From Bugula neritina (taxonomy: Eukaryota; Animalia; Bryozoa): a stretch of DNA of 64,000 nucleotides. Positions 24,901-38,992 of the stretch are shown one piece after another (position 1 is the first letter of the stretch; each line of letters starts with the position of its first letter). A model generated the notes under the pieces. It had not been told where the DNA came from and did no database searches. It saw nothing but the letters and a program-made list of their open reading frames with translations. The stretch lies in NCBI GenBank assembly GCA_964035545.1, contig OZ037767.1, positions 16,213,292 through 16,277,291 on the forward strand, read 5' to 3'. The translations under genes were made by a program, and so were the position numbers.

Positions 24901-27900
24901 TCTGTGTGCAGGTAGCAGTAGTCATTCATCACATGTAAGCCTAGGGCCACACGGTGCGTATTTTCGCATGCGAAAATTGAAATCACAAGTAGCAAAGGTG
25001 TCCACTGTACGCGTTGATAAAACATTCGCACTTGTCGCTCAGCATTCTCAACGCAAGTGCGAATCGTCTCTATCGTCGTCACTTAATTGGCTGGTAGTTA
25101 TTCAGCGAGCCCAATTTCTCTATTTTAGTGCTACATTCCAGTAAATTGCGTTTTATTAAAAGCGAGTGCGATTTAAAAATGAAAGCTTCATTTATCACGC
25201 ATCACTGGCGCTAGGCTTACTCAGTGCAGAGGAACCTGCATGTCAATACAGATGACTCAATCATCCTTCTGCAACTGTCAATCAATCACTCAGAGAGAGG
25301 TTGGCGGTGTGAGTGATTGACAGGTGTCAGGAGGAGGAGACTAGTCACATTATGTACTAACTCTCTGCTGTGTATTATGAAGTGTCACGTGACTGAGTCA
25401 TTGTCTACTCAGTGTGAAAATCTGTCACTTTCATTTCAAGTGTAGATGTTGTGAGGTGCAGATGTGGTCATCCTGTGTTACTATTTATTAGATAGAAAAG
25501 ATTAGAAAGAGAGCTACAAACCTGAGGCTAGAAATATATGGATATTTGAAGAGCTGCACACAGATAGTGGATAATTATAGAATAGAGCTGGCCCTGAGTA
25601 AGACAATGGGCAGACAGTCTCTGCTGGACACAGTACAACACGCAGTTGATAAGTTCAATGATGCAAGGATTGTGAGAGACTACAAAAAGATGAGTGGGAA
25701 GATGGAAAAGGCTACAGATATTGGTGTAATAGAGAAGTGTGTACTTCCAGACAGCATCTTGGTACCAACATGTAGGTGGAGTCTATAAATAGTAACACGT
25801 ACTAACTATAAATAACTTTCTGCCTGTAATCAGTTAAATTGCTTTCATTGAATATTTGAATAGTAGAATAACGAGAAGCCTCTGATAATTTGAAAAGTAG
25901 ATAGAGTTTATTTATTAGAGGATTGAGTTTTGTTCTACTCTCACATTATGAGACATTTCTGCAGTGTTTCAAAGTTTATGATGTATAAGTGAGCTGCTAA
26001 ACTGTGTTATGCTGACTACCTGCTGTCAGTATTAACAAAATATTCTCACTTAGACCTGTGCATCACGCAGCAACTTGTAGTAAATACAGAATGCTTGTAT
26101 TTAAAACATCTTTTCATTTCAAGTTTGAAAAGCTGTTCCCCACCTCCTCAGGTGATGAGATTCTCAAGTTATAGTATTGTTATTTTGTTGTTGCAGACAG
26201 TGAAGACAGTGTGGGGCTGAAGCTGCTGCAGCCACCATCTTCTCTACAGTCTGATGGACTTCCTGTATGTGACTGGTGTCCCTCAGTAAACATCTCAGCT
26301 GATGGACATGTGTTGTGTCGGACACCAGGAGGTGTAGAAATAAGAAATAGAGACACTCTGGATACTATCAGCTCAGTGAAGAACACCAGCACTACAGAGT
26401 GGTGGGAGATAATCCAACCTGAAGGGGTGATCGTTGGCAGCTGGTATAACAAGAAGGAGAAAACAGCTGAAGTCTCACTTCTTGATCCGAACTCCTTTGA
26501 AAAGTCTCGCTCTGTCTACAAGCTGTCAGTAGATGGACTCTTTCCTTACTGTAGAATAGCTCAGCACCTCTCTCTGGTGTATATTGTAGACTGTGAAAAG
26601 AAACAGCTGGTAGTCTGTAATCTAGTTGACAATAAAATACAGAAGTTTCCTCTTCCTGAGATGAAGTACCCTGACCCTGTATGCATCCTCCCAGACTCAA
26701 CTCTCCTCATAGGAGACTTCACTGCAGATGGTACAGTGAGAAGATATAAAGTGGAGAACACAACTCTCACTCTAATGTGGGGGTTTCCTCACACCTCAGA
26801 ACCAACTGGTATTTCCTTTGATCCAACATCTGAACTGATTCACATCTGTACACTGGAAGGACCTCTCCTCATCCTCTCACTTGAAGGTAAATACTGTGTT
26901 TATTATAGTAAGTTTAGTTATTTTATATATAATTATGCTGTAATAAATAATATATTTTATTAATTAACAGTAAACAACTTCCACTCATAAGATATATTAT
27001 GATATTGTTCGTATATATCAAGTCAATGTTGTGATTTTTAGCTTAAAGTTGTGTAATAAAGACTGTAACATGTTGATAGTAGATGTTACATTCTTCATCA
27101 CATGACTTGTAGCTAATAATAATATTAGTGAATAATACTGCCTCCCTACAATAAGTTTATTTCCAGCTGTAGTAACATGCAGGATGTAAGCACAGGTAAA
27201 AGTGTATATTATATATTGTATAGGTTTAAGGTGTACTCTGTGTAGTGTGCAGTGAGCTCTTAGTAAACTTTCCATTCAGTCTTCTATTTCAAGGGTTCAC
27301 CTGGTAGTGTAGAAGATAGGGACTCCACACTGCCAAGTGCTGCAAGGGGTTCAAACCCACCCATCAGCATGTCTATAGTTAGTATACTATGGAAGTGTTT
27401 TACAGTAATTTTAGAGGTGCTCAGTCTAGCAACTGTACAGACTGCCAACTACACATGAGTTATGAGTTTTAGTTTGACTTCAGTCTAGTGCTGCAACTGT
27501 TTTGGTCATCAGATAATTTAAAGATAAATAATTTAATACTTTTTGACCCGCCATCACTGAGACTATTGTAATTTGATGATGGCTGGTAGACAGTGTTTGC
27601 TGGTGGGACTCAGGTGGCTGTAGTTGGTTCTTGTCAAGTATTTAATATACATGTGATAATGTTCGAATAGCTGCAGTAGTATGAGAAGTAGACATGCATG
27701 TGGGCGTGTTCTTGCTAAAGACCGCAGGCTAAGTTTGTGGGTCAAGGTCAATACATTAGTATAATGAGACACTATTTTCTGCTCTGTTTGAATATTTACT
27801 TCATGCATATAACCTGCTTAGTTCCATCTTTAAAGGAAGTCTGTCTGTTTTTCTCAATGCATACCACCTGCTACAAAAATGTTATTATTTACAGGTCAAC

Positions 27901-28037
27901 TGGTGCTAACAGTTCCCAGAGAAAGTCTTGGTGTGAGTAATGACTGGGTGTGGGTGAATGACATTGCTGTGTATAACAGAGACACAGTGTTTCTAGCATG
28001 TGGTGATAGTCTAAAGAGATACACAATAAAATACTAA
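21956..28037 (+). CDS. TRIM E3 ubiquitin ligase copy 2, 625 aa
   Basis: Exons 21956-22143, 22760-22940, 23138-23327, 24561-24766, 25492-25771, 26197-26886, 27895-28037. Open frame, 1878 nt, same domains as copy 1, distinct N-terminus MAGNESRT. Confidence 0.9.
24939..25216. mobile_element. Same Tourist-like MITE insertion as 10044-10389, with most of the right TIR deleted
   Basis: Same site in intron 4; the deletion joins two CTA microhomologies. Confidence 0.8.
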
Positions 28038-29692
28038 ACTTATCAGCTACAGTTTACTAATAATCAGCTCAGTGAGGTACTGAGAGATGAAATGGATAAT
28101 ATTTGTCATCAGCATAATTATATTTATTACAATTCAATACACACACTCATAATAGTGTCAGGTATATTATATTGTGTGATTCATTTACACTGTAATTATA
28201 CTTCTGTATATTATTCCATGTTCAGCAGAACTTGCACTGCTTATATGCATTATGTTATGTTAATTGTCATTAATTGTAGTGATTTGAGATATTTGACTGT
28301 ATCTAATATTTGTTGCCATTTTACTATTTAATAAAGTTTATTTGTTAATGAAAACATAGTTAGTTTTCATGCCCCATTAGCTTTAGTTCAAGTTGAGTTT
28401 GGTTACTAAAGAATAATCTTTACTGGAGCAGTTACTGTAAATGACTAGCCTGTGGGAGAATGCATTCACTGAATTGACATGCAGGTGCAAGTAACTCCAA
28501 CATGACTGTAGGCAAGTTTTTCCAATCATATATAAAATGCATTTTATTGCTGTGTATACAACAGCATTGAGGAGCCAATCAAATTGTTTCTTGTCATGCA
28601 TTCAGGAAGCTGATGAATAATTTATAAGGCAATCAACTAGATATAAACACTTTGGTACTCTACACATGAGCTGTCTATGATGCAGTTGCATTGTAAAATG
28701 TGTGTCATTTGATAAGTTTGGCTAATTGGTTGCAGTTTAATTATGACATGTTCCCCATTCACCTGGTAGAAATACTATGTCTACTGACAGAGGACAACTC
28801 CTAAGCATGTATAAAGGCATCCTTTTAGTAAACAAGATATTGCAATGCTATCATCTGATTGGACAATTCTGTTCTCATGAAACTGTAATTAGTGCTCTTG
28901 TGTGAATTGAGACAAGTTGCCACGTTGGCTTTATAAAATGCAAGTAGCAGGAAGAGCTGAATCTGCTGCATATTGAGAGAGCAAAAGTATAATACTGTAG
29001 TAGATTACATAACACTTAAATAACTGCTGTTTTTATTCATGTTAGCTGCTTTGAAACCAGCAGCTGTTAGTCTGTATACATGACGCTGTCACATATTCTC
29101 ATACTGCATATTATATTTATAAAGTAAATAATCTGCAACTAAAGTAGCATAAGCATGTTTACATAATATCAAATCATTTATTGCATATATTTTTCTTATA
29201 TAGTGGGTTCACAAGTGTTGGGCTATTATGTTAACAAAATTCAATTCATATTTCTGTATTTCCATTTATAAAATAATCATATTAATGGTGTAAATGTGTA
29301 ATAGATTAATTATATGCATATAAATTCAAAGTGTGCAAACTTTTCTAAACATCAAACTGCTAATTAGTTTTATGCTCTCAAGTTTTATAAAAATGTTTTT
29401 TGAGTTTGCAGGTTTTAACAGCCTAAGCTAAACTTTCTTGATTATTATTATTGTTATTATTCTCCCGTATACCAGACATGCTGAAGTATAAATGTAACTT
29501 GAATAGGTGTGCATACATACAGATATCTTTTATTTTATCCAATAATAGATTGCAATCCTTATGTTGCCTACAGGTGCCTAACAGCAAAGTTGAATGAAAA
29601 GATAAGAGAACTAAAAATCTGATGTTGTAGTAGATTACATAACATTTTAATAACTGCTGCCTTCCTTTATAGTTACTCCAGCATATTTTGAC

Positions 29693-30035
<343 letters not shown>

Positions 30036-32168
30036 AGTACAATTGAAGTTTACAAAATATATACAATTTAATACAATATATAGTTTTCTTGGATCAAGTT
30101 CAAACAATGTTGTGTTTGCTGACGTGATGTTAACAGAATTCAAACATCTATTGAAAATGGCTTCAACGTAGCATCATGCTTCTCTATCTTTATTTATGAA
30201 ATAAATAAATTAACTGTGTAATGGTTGAATCCCGTACAAAAGTTTAAAGTGTGCCTCTTTTCTAAAAGTTAAACTGCTAAGTTTTTATATGCTTTCAGGG
30301 TATAAAAACTGTTTGCTAAGTTTGTAAGTTCTTTTGGTATTTTATTACCTGAGCTACTATATTTTTTCTAAATATAAACTTGAAATTATAACAGTATGGT
30401 AATTATAGATCATAACATTTAATACAAAATTATGTTGATTAAAAATAGTCAAAACCATTTTTATATTTTGGTATAATTCTCAGACTCCATCAGCAGTTGA
30501 AAAAAAATCTTTTAAGTATTTTGCCATCAGTCTTTAATAATAAAGGCGTAAACTTTTCAGCTAAACAAATTAGTTTATAGTTAATTTTACAAGCCAGGAG
30601 ATAAAAGGTTCAGCATTATCCTATATAGTATATACCATAATTATTATGTAATAAGATCCACTTTCAAAGAACTGACACCAAGGGAAAAGCCATGTAATTA
30701 CTGGTCACTCTGAGAAGATTAAAGATTGAAAAACGCAGAAAGCCAAGAATTAAAGCCTGTAATAAGGTAATAGCTAAAATCTAGAGATATAATGATTACT
30801 ATTTTAAGTAAAATAACCTATATAACATAATTATTATGTATAATAAGATCTGCATTGAAAAGACTGAAACCTTTGAAAAGGTTCTGTATATAATTACTGA
30901 CCAATCTCGAAGGATTGAGAAATTGAGAAATGCTCAGGGTCAGCATTTGTCCTCTACCAAGATAATTATTATGTAATAAGATCTAATTTTATAAGACTCA
31001 CTACTAAAGAAAAGCTGTATACTGACCAATCAGAAAGGATTAGAATTAAAAATCTCAGAAAGTCAAGAATCGAAGTCTGTGATTATAAAGTTACATAACG
31101 TACTGGCACTAGCTGGTAATTACAGTCAGTTTCGGTAAGTGCTGTAAATTTGGGCTGAACCTATGGAATCTCTCCTTGCTATGAAATCCCTCCTGAGTTG
31201 TTTGTACATACAACTTTGATGTGTGATTTGTTTTTATTTATAAGGTTTGTCTTGAACATCAAAGAATTGTAGCCCAAACAGCTACATGGAAGCGGTTGAT
31301 TCTAGCTCTATTTCCGTGAATACAGATGTGCAACTGCACCTGATACTTGTTAAACAGCTCTACCAGTATTAATATCAAACTCAATTTTGTTTTAACCAAT
31401 AGATAAAACAGTAAATGAAACGTACAGGATGTGTGTTTTGACTAGTTATACTCTAAAATTGCAGCGAATTAAACTTTTCATTGATTTGCAAGTATCTCCT
31501 ATCACTTGATAAATCTATTAAACTTGTTTTAAAATATTTCAAAGTTTGATTTTATTATGTATTAACAGCGTGGATACGACTTGTTCAAATCGAGCTTCTC
31601 GAATCCAGCCTCTGTTCTTTACCACAACTCATCGCCTTTACATCGGCCTCAACACCAGGCTCCACAACCCTCACTAACTTCTAGTCTGTTAACTCCACCA
31701 CTGAGTGAACGTAGCAGCCACTGAACTGAAACTTATAGTTCAATGGTAGCAGCAGCAGTGTAGGTGAGTTATAGGGTAGACAACTCTAGTTCTTATTTGA
31801 CAACATTTGAAAATAATTGATGACTCCTATAATAAAATGATTAGCATAACATTATATATAGTTGAAAATAGTTTTTAACAACCAGGTTTTAAATTTTGAG
31901 CTTTTAGGTATAAATAATGAAGAAAGCAATCAAATAAATAGACTAAATTATTTGAATTTATAGAAGTTACTCTCTCTTTACTGGGAAAATCTTTTGGTAG
32001 AACTACAAGCTATGCTAGATGCATATTTAATACTATTACATATATCTATTTAGCCCTGAGTATAGAAAACTTTTGGACTGCTTCTGAATTTTTGTAGGCA
32101 CGATAAAATATAGGCTGTTAGTACTTGTTTTTTATGATTGCAGCTATATATATTATTTTTGATTACAG

Positions 32169-34415
32169 AGTCCTCGAATGAAGGAGTTTCTTCCCCTACA
32201 TCAACCAAATCGGCCATCTTGGATTTGAGAAAATCTACTGCTAAAGAAACATCATTAAAACGAAAAACACCAAACAAAGGTAATCCTAAACTTGAATGTC
32301 TATTTTGTTAGGTTTGCTGAGTATATGCAGCGTCATAAATAATATTATTTTGATCTAGTATCTGCAAGGTATAGTTGTTGTTTTATTTTAAATGTCTAGT
32401 CAAAATTGTGCTTTCAACATCTTTACATAACACACGTTACATTCGTAAGCATATTTAAGCATATGTAAGCATGAATACAAGCATATATAAGCAAGTATGT
32501 GTAAACATGCTTAAACATCCTTAAACATGCATAAGTGTGCGTAAGCACATGTATGCACGTTTCAGCATGATTAAGTAAAGACATCATAATTTCAGAAGTT
32601 GCTAATCCATCAAAGAAAAAGCGAGAAAACTCGAAGCAGAACTTGAAGCAAACTCGCAAGCTGAGCGTTACTGAGCAGTCACCTATATCTGGCATTCTGA
32701 TTCGAAGAGTCACTAAGTCCCATAATTCTACACCAGATGTCAAATGTAGCTCAGAACTCTGTGGGGATATTGACTCGATGTAAGTGTTGCTAATTATTTG
32801 TTTTTATTTTTTCTTTCAGAAAAAACTGTTGGAAATTCAAATTTTCCACTGATCAAAAAAGAATTATTGCTTATACAAAAGTTATCGATTTCAACTTTTC
32901 TGTACTACATTTTGACTTTCAATGTAATTTCTTTCAAGAATTAGATTGGATGCTTGCTATTATTATATTATTGAACTATTTTTGGAAAAAATAATATTTA
33001 ATTGCAAAAAATAATAAAATATTTGTTAGGGTTTTGTCTATTATAGGTTATCTACAGACATGATAATATAAATAAATGAGTAGACTACAGCAAATCAATC
33101 TACCTTTGCCGGCTAAAGTTTTGTAAGCCATACCTGCATTGGGCTGTTATTTTACCTGCATGCAGGTACCATGTAGTGGTTATCATTTCACCTGCTGCAT
33201 ATGGCTTAATGTTGGGCTATTTTTTACCAGCAGGTATAACAATGTTGGGCTATTACTTTACCTGCAAGTATAACAATGTTGGGCTATTACTTTACCTGCA
33301 AGTATAACAATGTTTAAGCTACCTATTATTTTACCTGCAGGTATAACAATGTCATAGACTATTATTCTACCTGCAGGTACAATGTGGTGGACAAATCGGA
33401 AGAATCCAAGAGGAAGCTGATGAGCATCAAGAACGTAATTGGAGACTATATCTGTAGACTGTGTGACACCAAGTATGCAAGTGTGTACGACCTGGCTGAA
33501 CACAGATGTCCGAGCATCATCTACATAGAGTACAAGTGTCCTGAGTGCTCAAAAGGTTAGAGATCATGTAATGTTAAGTTCACCCACTAGCAGTTGTAGT
33601 GCAAAGGTTAGGGCACTTGCTTGCAAGCTGGCGGTCTGCGGTTCAAATCCTAGTGGGGGCAAGAAGTTTAATAGGTAAAAGTCTGATTAAACTAAAATGA
33701 ACAAATTTTCCCATGTAACAAATAAACTTTTATATACTTTTTGTTCAATATTCAACTGAATTAAATAACGTAACACAGCTATAGACCTGGGTAAATGACA
33801 TGTAAAATGCAGTAAATAACAATAATTGGTAACAGGCAGCAAAAATGCTTATGCTGCTGCCAATGTTTAAAAACTGTTTAACTTTTAGAAGTATAACTAT
33901 AGCTAGTCATACCATGTTATGATATTAATTTAAATAAATATTTTTTTCTCTCAAATTACCAGTAAACTATAAAAATAAGAATAGATAAATTTATAAAATA
34001 CAAATTATTGAAAAAGCATATTAAAAACTTATTTACTAAAGCTTTTGGCAACCAAAACTTTAGTAAGTTAATACATATACTATATAGAGTTTTACTTTGT
34101 GGTAAATAGAGAAATTCAATTTATGTCTTTTATATGGTAATACATTTATATTATTTATATTATATTACAAATTATTATATAATCAATATCTTTGTATCAT
34201 GTTATTTGAATGTTTTATCTGTTGACTTTAATCTTTCAGTGTTCAACTGCCCAGCAAACTTGGCATCCCACAGGCGTTGGCACAAACCTAAACCTGCAGC
34301 AGACTCTCAACCCAACACTTCAAAACACAGAGAGAAAACAACTACCAAACAAATAGTTATTGCAGCTCCGCAGCGAATACCAAACCCTGGAAGGATAACT
34401 TCTCATGATGACTAA
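32169..34415 (+). CDS. INSM: INSM/IA-1/Nerfin-family zinc-finger transcription factor, 5'-incomplete (possible pseudogene)
   Basis: In-phase exons 32169-32279, 32596-32779, 33377-33555, 34240-34415. Family signatures RKL..[57 protein letters not shown]. No SNAG/start exon found, and the upstream exon-like segment 31569-31763 has stops/frameshift. Confidence 0.8.
33135..33385 (+). repeat. ~34-bp tandem repeat built from the splice acceptor region
   Basis: Units like ttgggctattactttacctgca(a/g)gtataacaatg; the last unit supplies the in-frame acceptor at 33375-33376. Confidence 0.75.
33590..33661 (+). mobile_element. tRNA-derived SINE head / tRNA pseudogene
   Basis: A-box-like TAGTGCAAAGG and B-box GGTTCAAATCC at tRNA spacing, but poor acceptor stem. 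Confidence 0.5.
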
Positions 34416-37400
34416 GTTAAAATCATGTGTAAAATTCTTGTGAGACTTCCTTTGCTGAATTCTTTCGTTCATAGTAAAATATTTTAAAGAACAAACCCCC
34501 ACTCCACCCACTTTCTTACTTTGTGGTTACTTATTTATATTATTTATTAGAGACCTTTATAGCCAAAGGCTTTGTGCAATCCTATAAATATAAACATTGT
34601 TTTAGATTTTAGTGTTTTTATAGTATAAATTATATTATATATTGTTTCCTTTTCATGGTTTAATTTAAGTTATTTATGATGTTGTCCACCATTTGAATTC
34701 CGTCCAATAAAGCTCTAACTGTCAAGTACATGTGAATACGCAATATGCTTCAAATGGAGTGGAACAAAAGTGAAAGATAAAATCTCTACAGTATATATAG
34801 TTACATAATTCTACATCTCCAGTACTAAAGCACTTATAAGACTGGGATGTAGCTAACTCAAACAAAAAATAGCTATTTTTGTGAGTTTCAGGGACTAAAG
34901 TATTAGAATTATCTTTCCAGAAAACTATAAGCCTAAAGTCTTTACTTTATAAATATGAATTTTTGGAAATTGAAAGATTATTTTTACTAAACTTTGTTTA
35001 TCGTAAGCTTCTGCTTTTACATATTTTAAGTATTTGGAATCACTTTCGAATTTTAAAATTCTTACAATATTAAAAGAATAAAAGTTTTTAATCTTCACTG
35101 TATATATGAGTATAGAGGCAGTTTGCTTATTAATGTTTAAAACACTGTCATAGTATTTCTTTCTTGTAGTTTTAAAATTTTCTACAGTTGCATTAAAAGT
35201 TACAAATTTTAATTATAAGGATAATATAAAAGCAGCATTTCCCTTTGCTTACAAAGCTTTACAACTATAGCTAACACTTGCATGCAGTGGAATCATTTTA
35301 GAGATCAAAAGCCTGAGATAGAATTTGCTGTTCATTTGCAGAAATTGAATTCATTTTTCTGTTTAATGTACCATCTGAACATATTTGCTGAAAAAAACTA
35401 TGAGTTGGAAAAAAAATTGAACCATTTGCTTACTTGAAATTTTGAAAACTACATAATATAATATAAATATATAATATATATATTTTCTTGAGGAACTGTT
35501 TTCACCTGGTTAGCCTTGTTGCTAGCAAGGAATAATTTTAACACTCTACAATATCTTTTAATTTGAAATTGTAACTGATTAACAGTTTTGGTTTACTGTT
35601 GATTATAAGATTTTATGGCAGCTCAGATTCAAACAGCTTACATGCACTATTTTATTACCTTTTTTTCTAAAAAAAACTCTGTTTGTAAAAAAAATATAAC
35701 TTATACAAATTTAAAAAAATTATGTTTTAATGGCTTTTACTAGAATTAAAATTAAAACAATATTTTTTTGGATTGAAGTATTAAAATTTGTTCAACTAAA
35801 ATAAAAGGAAAATTTATGAAATTTTGTATTAAGCATTTGACTGGTTTTGTTGTAGAGTTACAGTAAAATTCTGGAGAGAATTCAGAAAAGCCACAGAAAT
35901 TTCTTCCTTAACATCAAATATTAAAATTCTCAAAAATAAAGTTAGTATAGGAGAACCTAAAGAAGTGCCACCTTTTAGTACATCTGTGACAAGAAAGTGG
36001 GTTTGGGGTCTTCCTCCACAATAAAGTGTATTAGCTACAGGCAAAGTGATGTTTATAACAATATAAGTGCTTTACAAAAAGCATTACTGCAACTGATGTG
36101 CTCCTCTCAACTAATACTATGATTGAACAGCCCAGGTCATCTAGAGGTCAAAGAGTAGCCTCAACTCATAGTGTTCAGACTGTAAACAGCACAACTCACT
36201 AAGTGTCCATCTCTGCACAGAGCTGTGAGCTGAGTTTCTCCTGCACTGAGGTCAGGTGCTGGACAGCCTTAAGTGATGCTATACTATGCTAACAAAATTC
36301 AATTCATATTTCTGTATTTTTATGTGTGAAATTATCATATGAATGTGTGATAGTTGAATTATATACAGAAATTCAAAGTGTGCATTTTTTCTAAACATCT
36401 AACTGCCAAGCTTTATATGCTTTCAAGTTGAAATGTTTTTCAAGTTTGCAAGTTATTTTTGATACTTCAATATATCTTAGCTATTTTCTCTACATTTAAA
36501 CTTGAAATTATAACTCGTGCCAAAATAAAACAGCTCACAACATTTAGTGCAAAGTGATTTTAATTACAAATTGTTAAAAGCATTTATATATTCTTTTGCT
36601 TAAATAGTTAGAATTCTCTTACTCTAGCCGCAGTTTAAATAGTTCAAACACTTTCGCCGCCTACTTTCTTTCAGGAAAAAATTTTCCATTATTTCAGCAT
36701 CAGCTTTCACTAATATATAATTCGTGAAATTTTCAGCTAAACAAATTAGTCTAGTTAATCTTGCAAGCCAAAAAAAGAAGATTTAGCAGTTATTCTGTAC
36801 CGTTATAATTACGTAATAAGATCCACTTTTAAAAGACTCACACCTTTAAAAAGCTGTATAATTACTGACCAATCAGAGAGGATTAAAATTTGAGAAACTC
36901 GGATAGCTAAAAATCAAAAGCTGTAATGGAAGAATTACATAATAGAGTAGCTGTCATCAGCTGGTAATTACAGTCAGTTGTGGGTAATTATTGTATTTGC
37001 ATGTGAGCTGTATATCCAATGGAATCAGTCAAACTTATACTAAATTTGATCCAGTAAATTTGTTTTTAAAGTTCAGGTCGTTTTTAACATCAAAGAATAA
37101 TGCACCAACTATTCTTAATTATAGCAAATGAATTCCTGCAAGACTTTATCCTCTCAACCATCATTTTTAGCTTTGATTTGTCAGGTTTAATTTTTGGAAA
37201 TGTAATTGTACAAGTTTTACACCTATTTTCAATCTTCCAAGTTTTATTTGAGAGAAAATATGGTTATAAAATATTAATAATAAAAATATGTTATACACAC
37301 CATAAAACATACATTATACATAGTTGGACTGCTCAAAGCATACTTCAATTCAAAAACAATTTGTTTTTCAATAATATAACATATACTATATATACATATA

Positions 37401-38069
37401 AAGCATGGATTTTATGACCATCATTTTAGTCTTCTTGCATATTGTGACTTCATATATAACTATGAAACTTGAACTGTTATAAATGTGTTTGTTTGCTGCA
37501 AGAAGCATAAAATAAATCAAGTAATTTTCATGTTAATTATTTGCATTGCTTTACTTCCTGTCTACCTTTCTTTAAGTAGAAATAGCAGCATCTTTCATCA
37601 ATAGGATGTTTTATTTTACTCTAAATAGTTACTTTACTAATGGCAGTGGGAGACAAAATTAACCAACCAGAGTTATTATATAAATTACTAAAATATAGTT
37701 CATTATGGTTTTAGCTGGAATCTTTAACTTTTTCTCTAAAATGCTTGGATAAGATTATTTGCATATCCAAAGGTTCTTCATCACCACTTGGAGTTTGGTT
37801 TTATAAAATATTATTAGAAGTTGGCCTAAGTTTATATATTAACCAATCACATGCATCCGTTACTGCATTTGCTCAACCTGGTTACTTCTGAGACATAGGG
37901 CTCCTCCCAGGAGGTAGGGTTCTTCCCAGAGTAGTTGACCCAGTTTTACGTTGACCAATCAAATTCGAACACATTTGATTGTGACTATAAATACAGCAGT
38001 GTGTTCTGTTAAGGTTCAGTCTACAACTTATCTGTGTAGTACATCTGAATCTGAACTCTATTCTCCACA

Positions 38070-38992
38070 ATGAGTAGCAACAGCACATTTGGTGAGTGAC
38101 TATGCATACAATACTTGTATTTTTATAATTTAATAAGCAACATTAAAGAGAATATTCTATCTTGAAATTTTGGAACTAAATTATATCTGTGAATAATTAA
38201 AAACATTTTCATCATTATAGTTGGAAAATCTTTTTTAATGTTTTTCTATTTTTAAAATGTATATACTATTAATAAGTTTTACGTAACTTTAGTTTAGCTT
38301 GCACAGCCTTTAAAACTTATTCTAATCTGATTATAATCTACAATCTAGTAATACTGCAAATTGATTGTAATATCACAGCTAACTCTTTCGGTACAAACTA
38401 TTTGTTTAAATTAAAAATACTTGCTTAGTACTAAATTGCAGTGCAATTCAATAGTATATTACATAGTGGAGTACAAAATAGGATGCATAAAATTGCATAA
38501 CACTTGACTTTAATTTCAGACATTAAAAAACTCCCTCCAAAAAAGCGATACATTCTTCCACCCGCACACATAGCAAGACAATATGTGGAGATAATCCAAC
38601 CAGAACCATACTATGATTATAATGAGTAAGTACTGCTTTACTGCTCAGTCTTTCTGTTGTAACCAAAATTCTTAGTCGAACTGCTCTCTGATTACCAGAT
38701 GAAATTTCTCCATACTGATCTGTCAGGTTTGTGTTTGCAGGGCTTAAATTAACAATAAAGGCATATATTTAGATATAAAAACATTCTATGCAATCAGTAG
38801 TTCTATTAGATGATGGTGTAATTCTAAACTTTGACTGACAGAAGAGAAACTGTTATGAGTCTTCATATATTAATATCTGGATAATTATTATTTTGTTATA
38901 CTTTTAGAAATATGACAAGTTACCTCCAAGATGGTGGACTACATACATATTATGTAATAAACTCTGATACTCAGGTGAAAAGGGAGAGCTGA
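38070..38992 (+). CDS. Unannotated 70-aa microprotein, copy C
   Basis: Exons 38070-38091, 38520-38625, 38908-38992. In-frame 24-nt deletion relative to copy B; LPPKKRY kept with two synonymous changes; stop at the same position. Confidence 0.7.

Noticed and set aside
33590-33661. Functional tRNA gene
   Set aside because: A/B boxes are present but the acceptor and anticodon stems do not pair properly; kept only as SINE-like.
35850-36023. Open + strand stretch (VKFWREFRKA...WVWGLPPQ*) after a possible acceptor
   Set aside because: No recognisable homology, start or partner exons.
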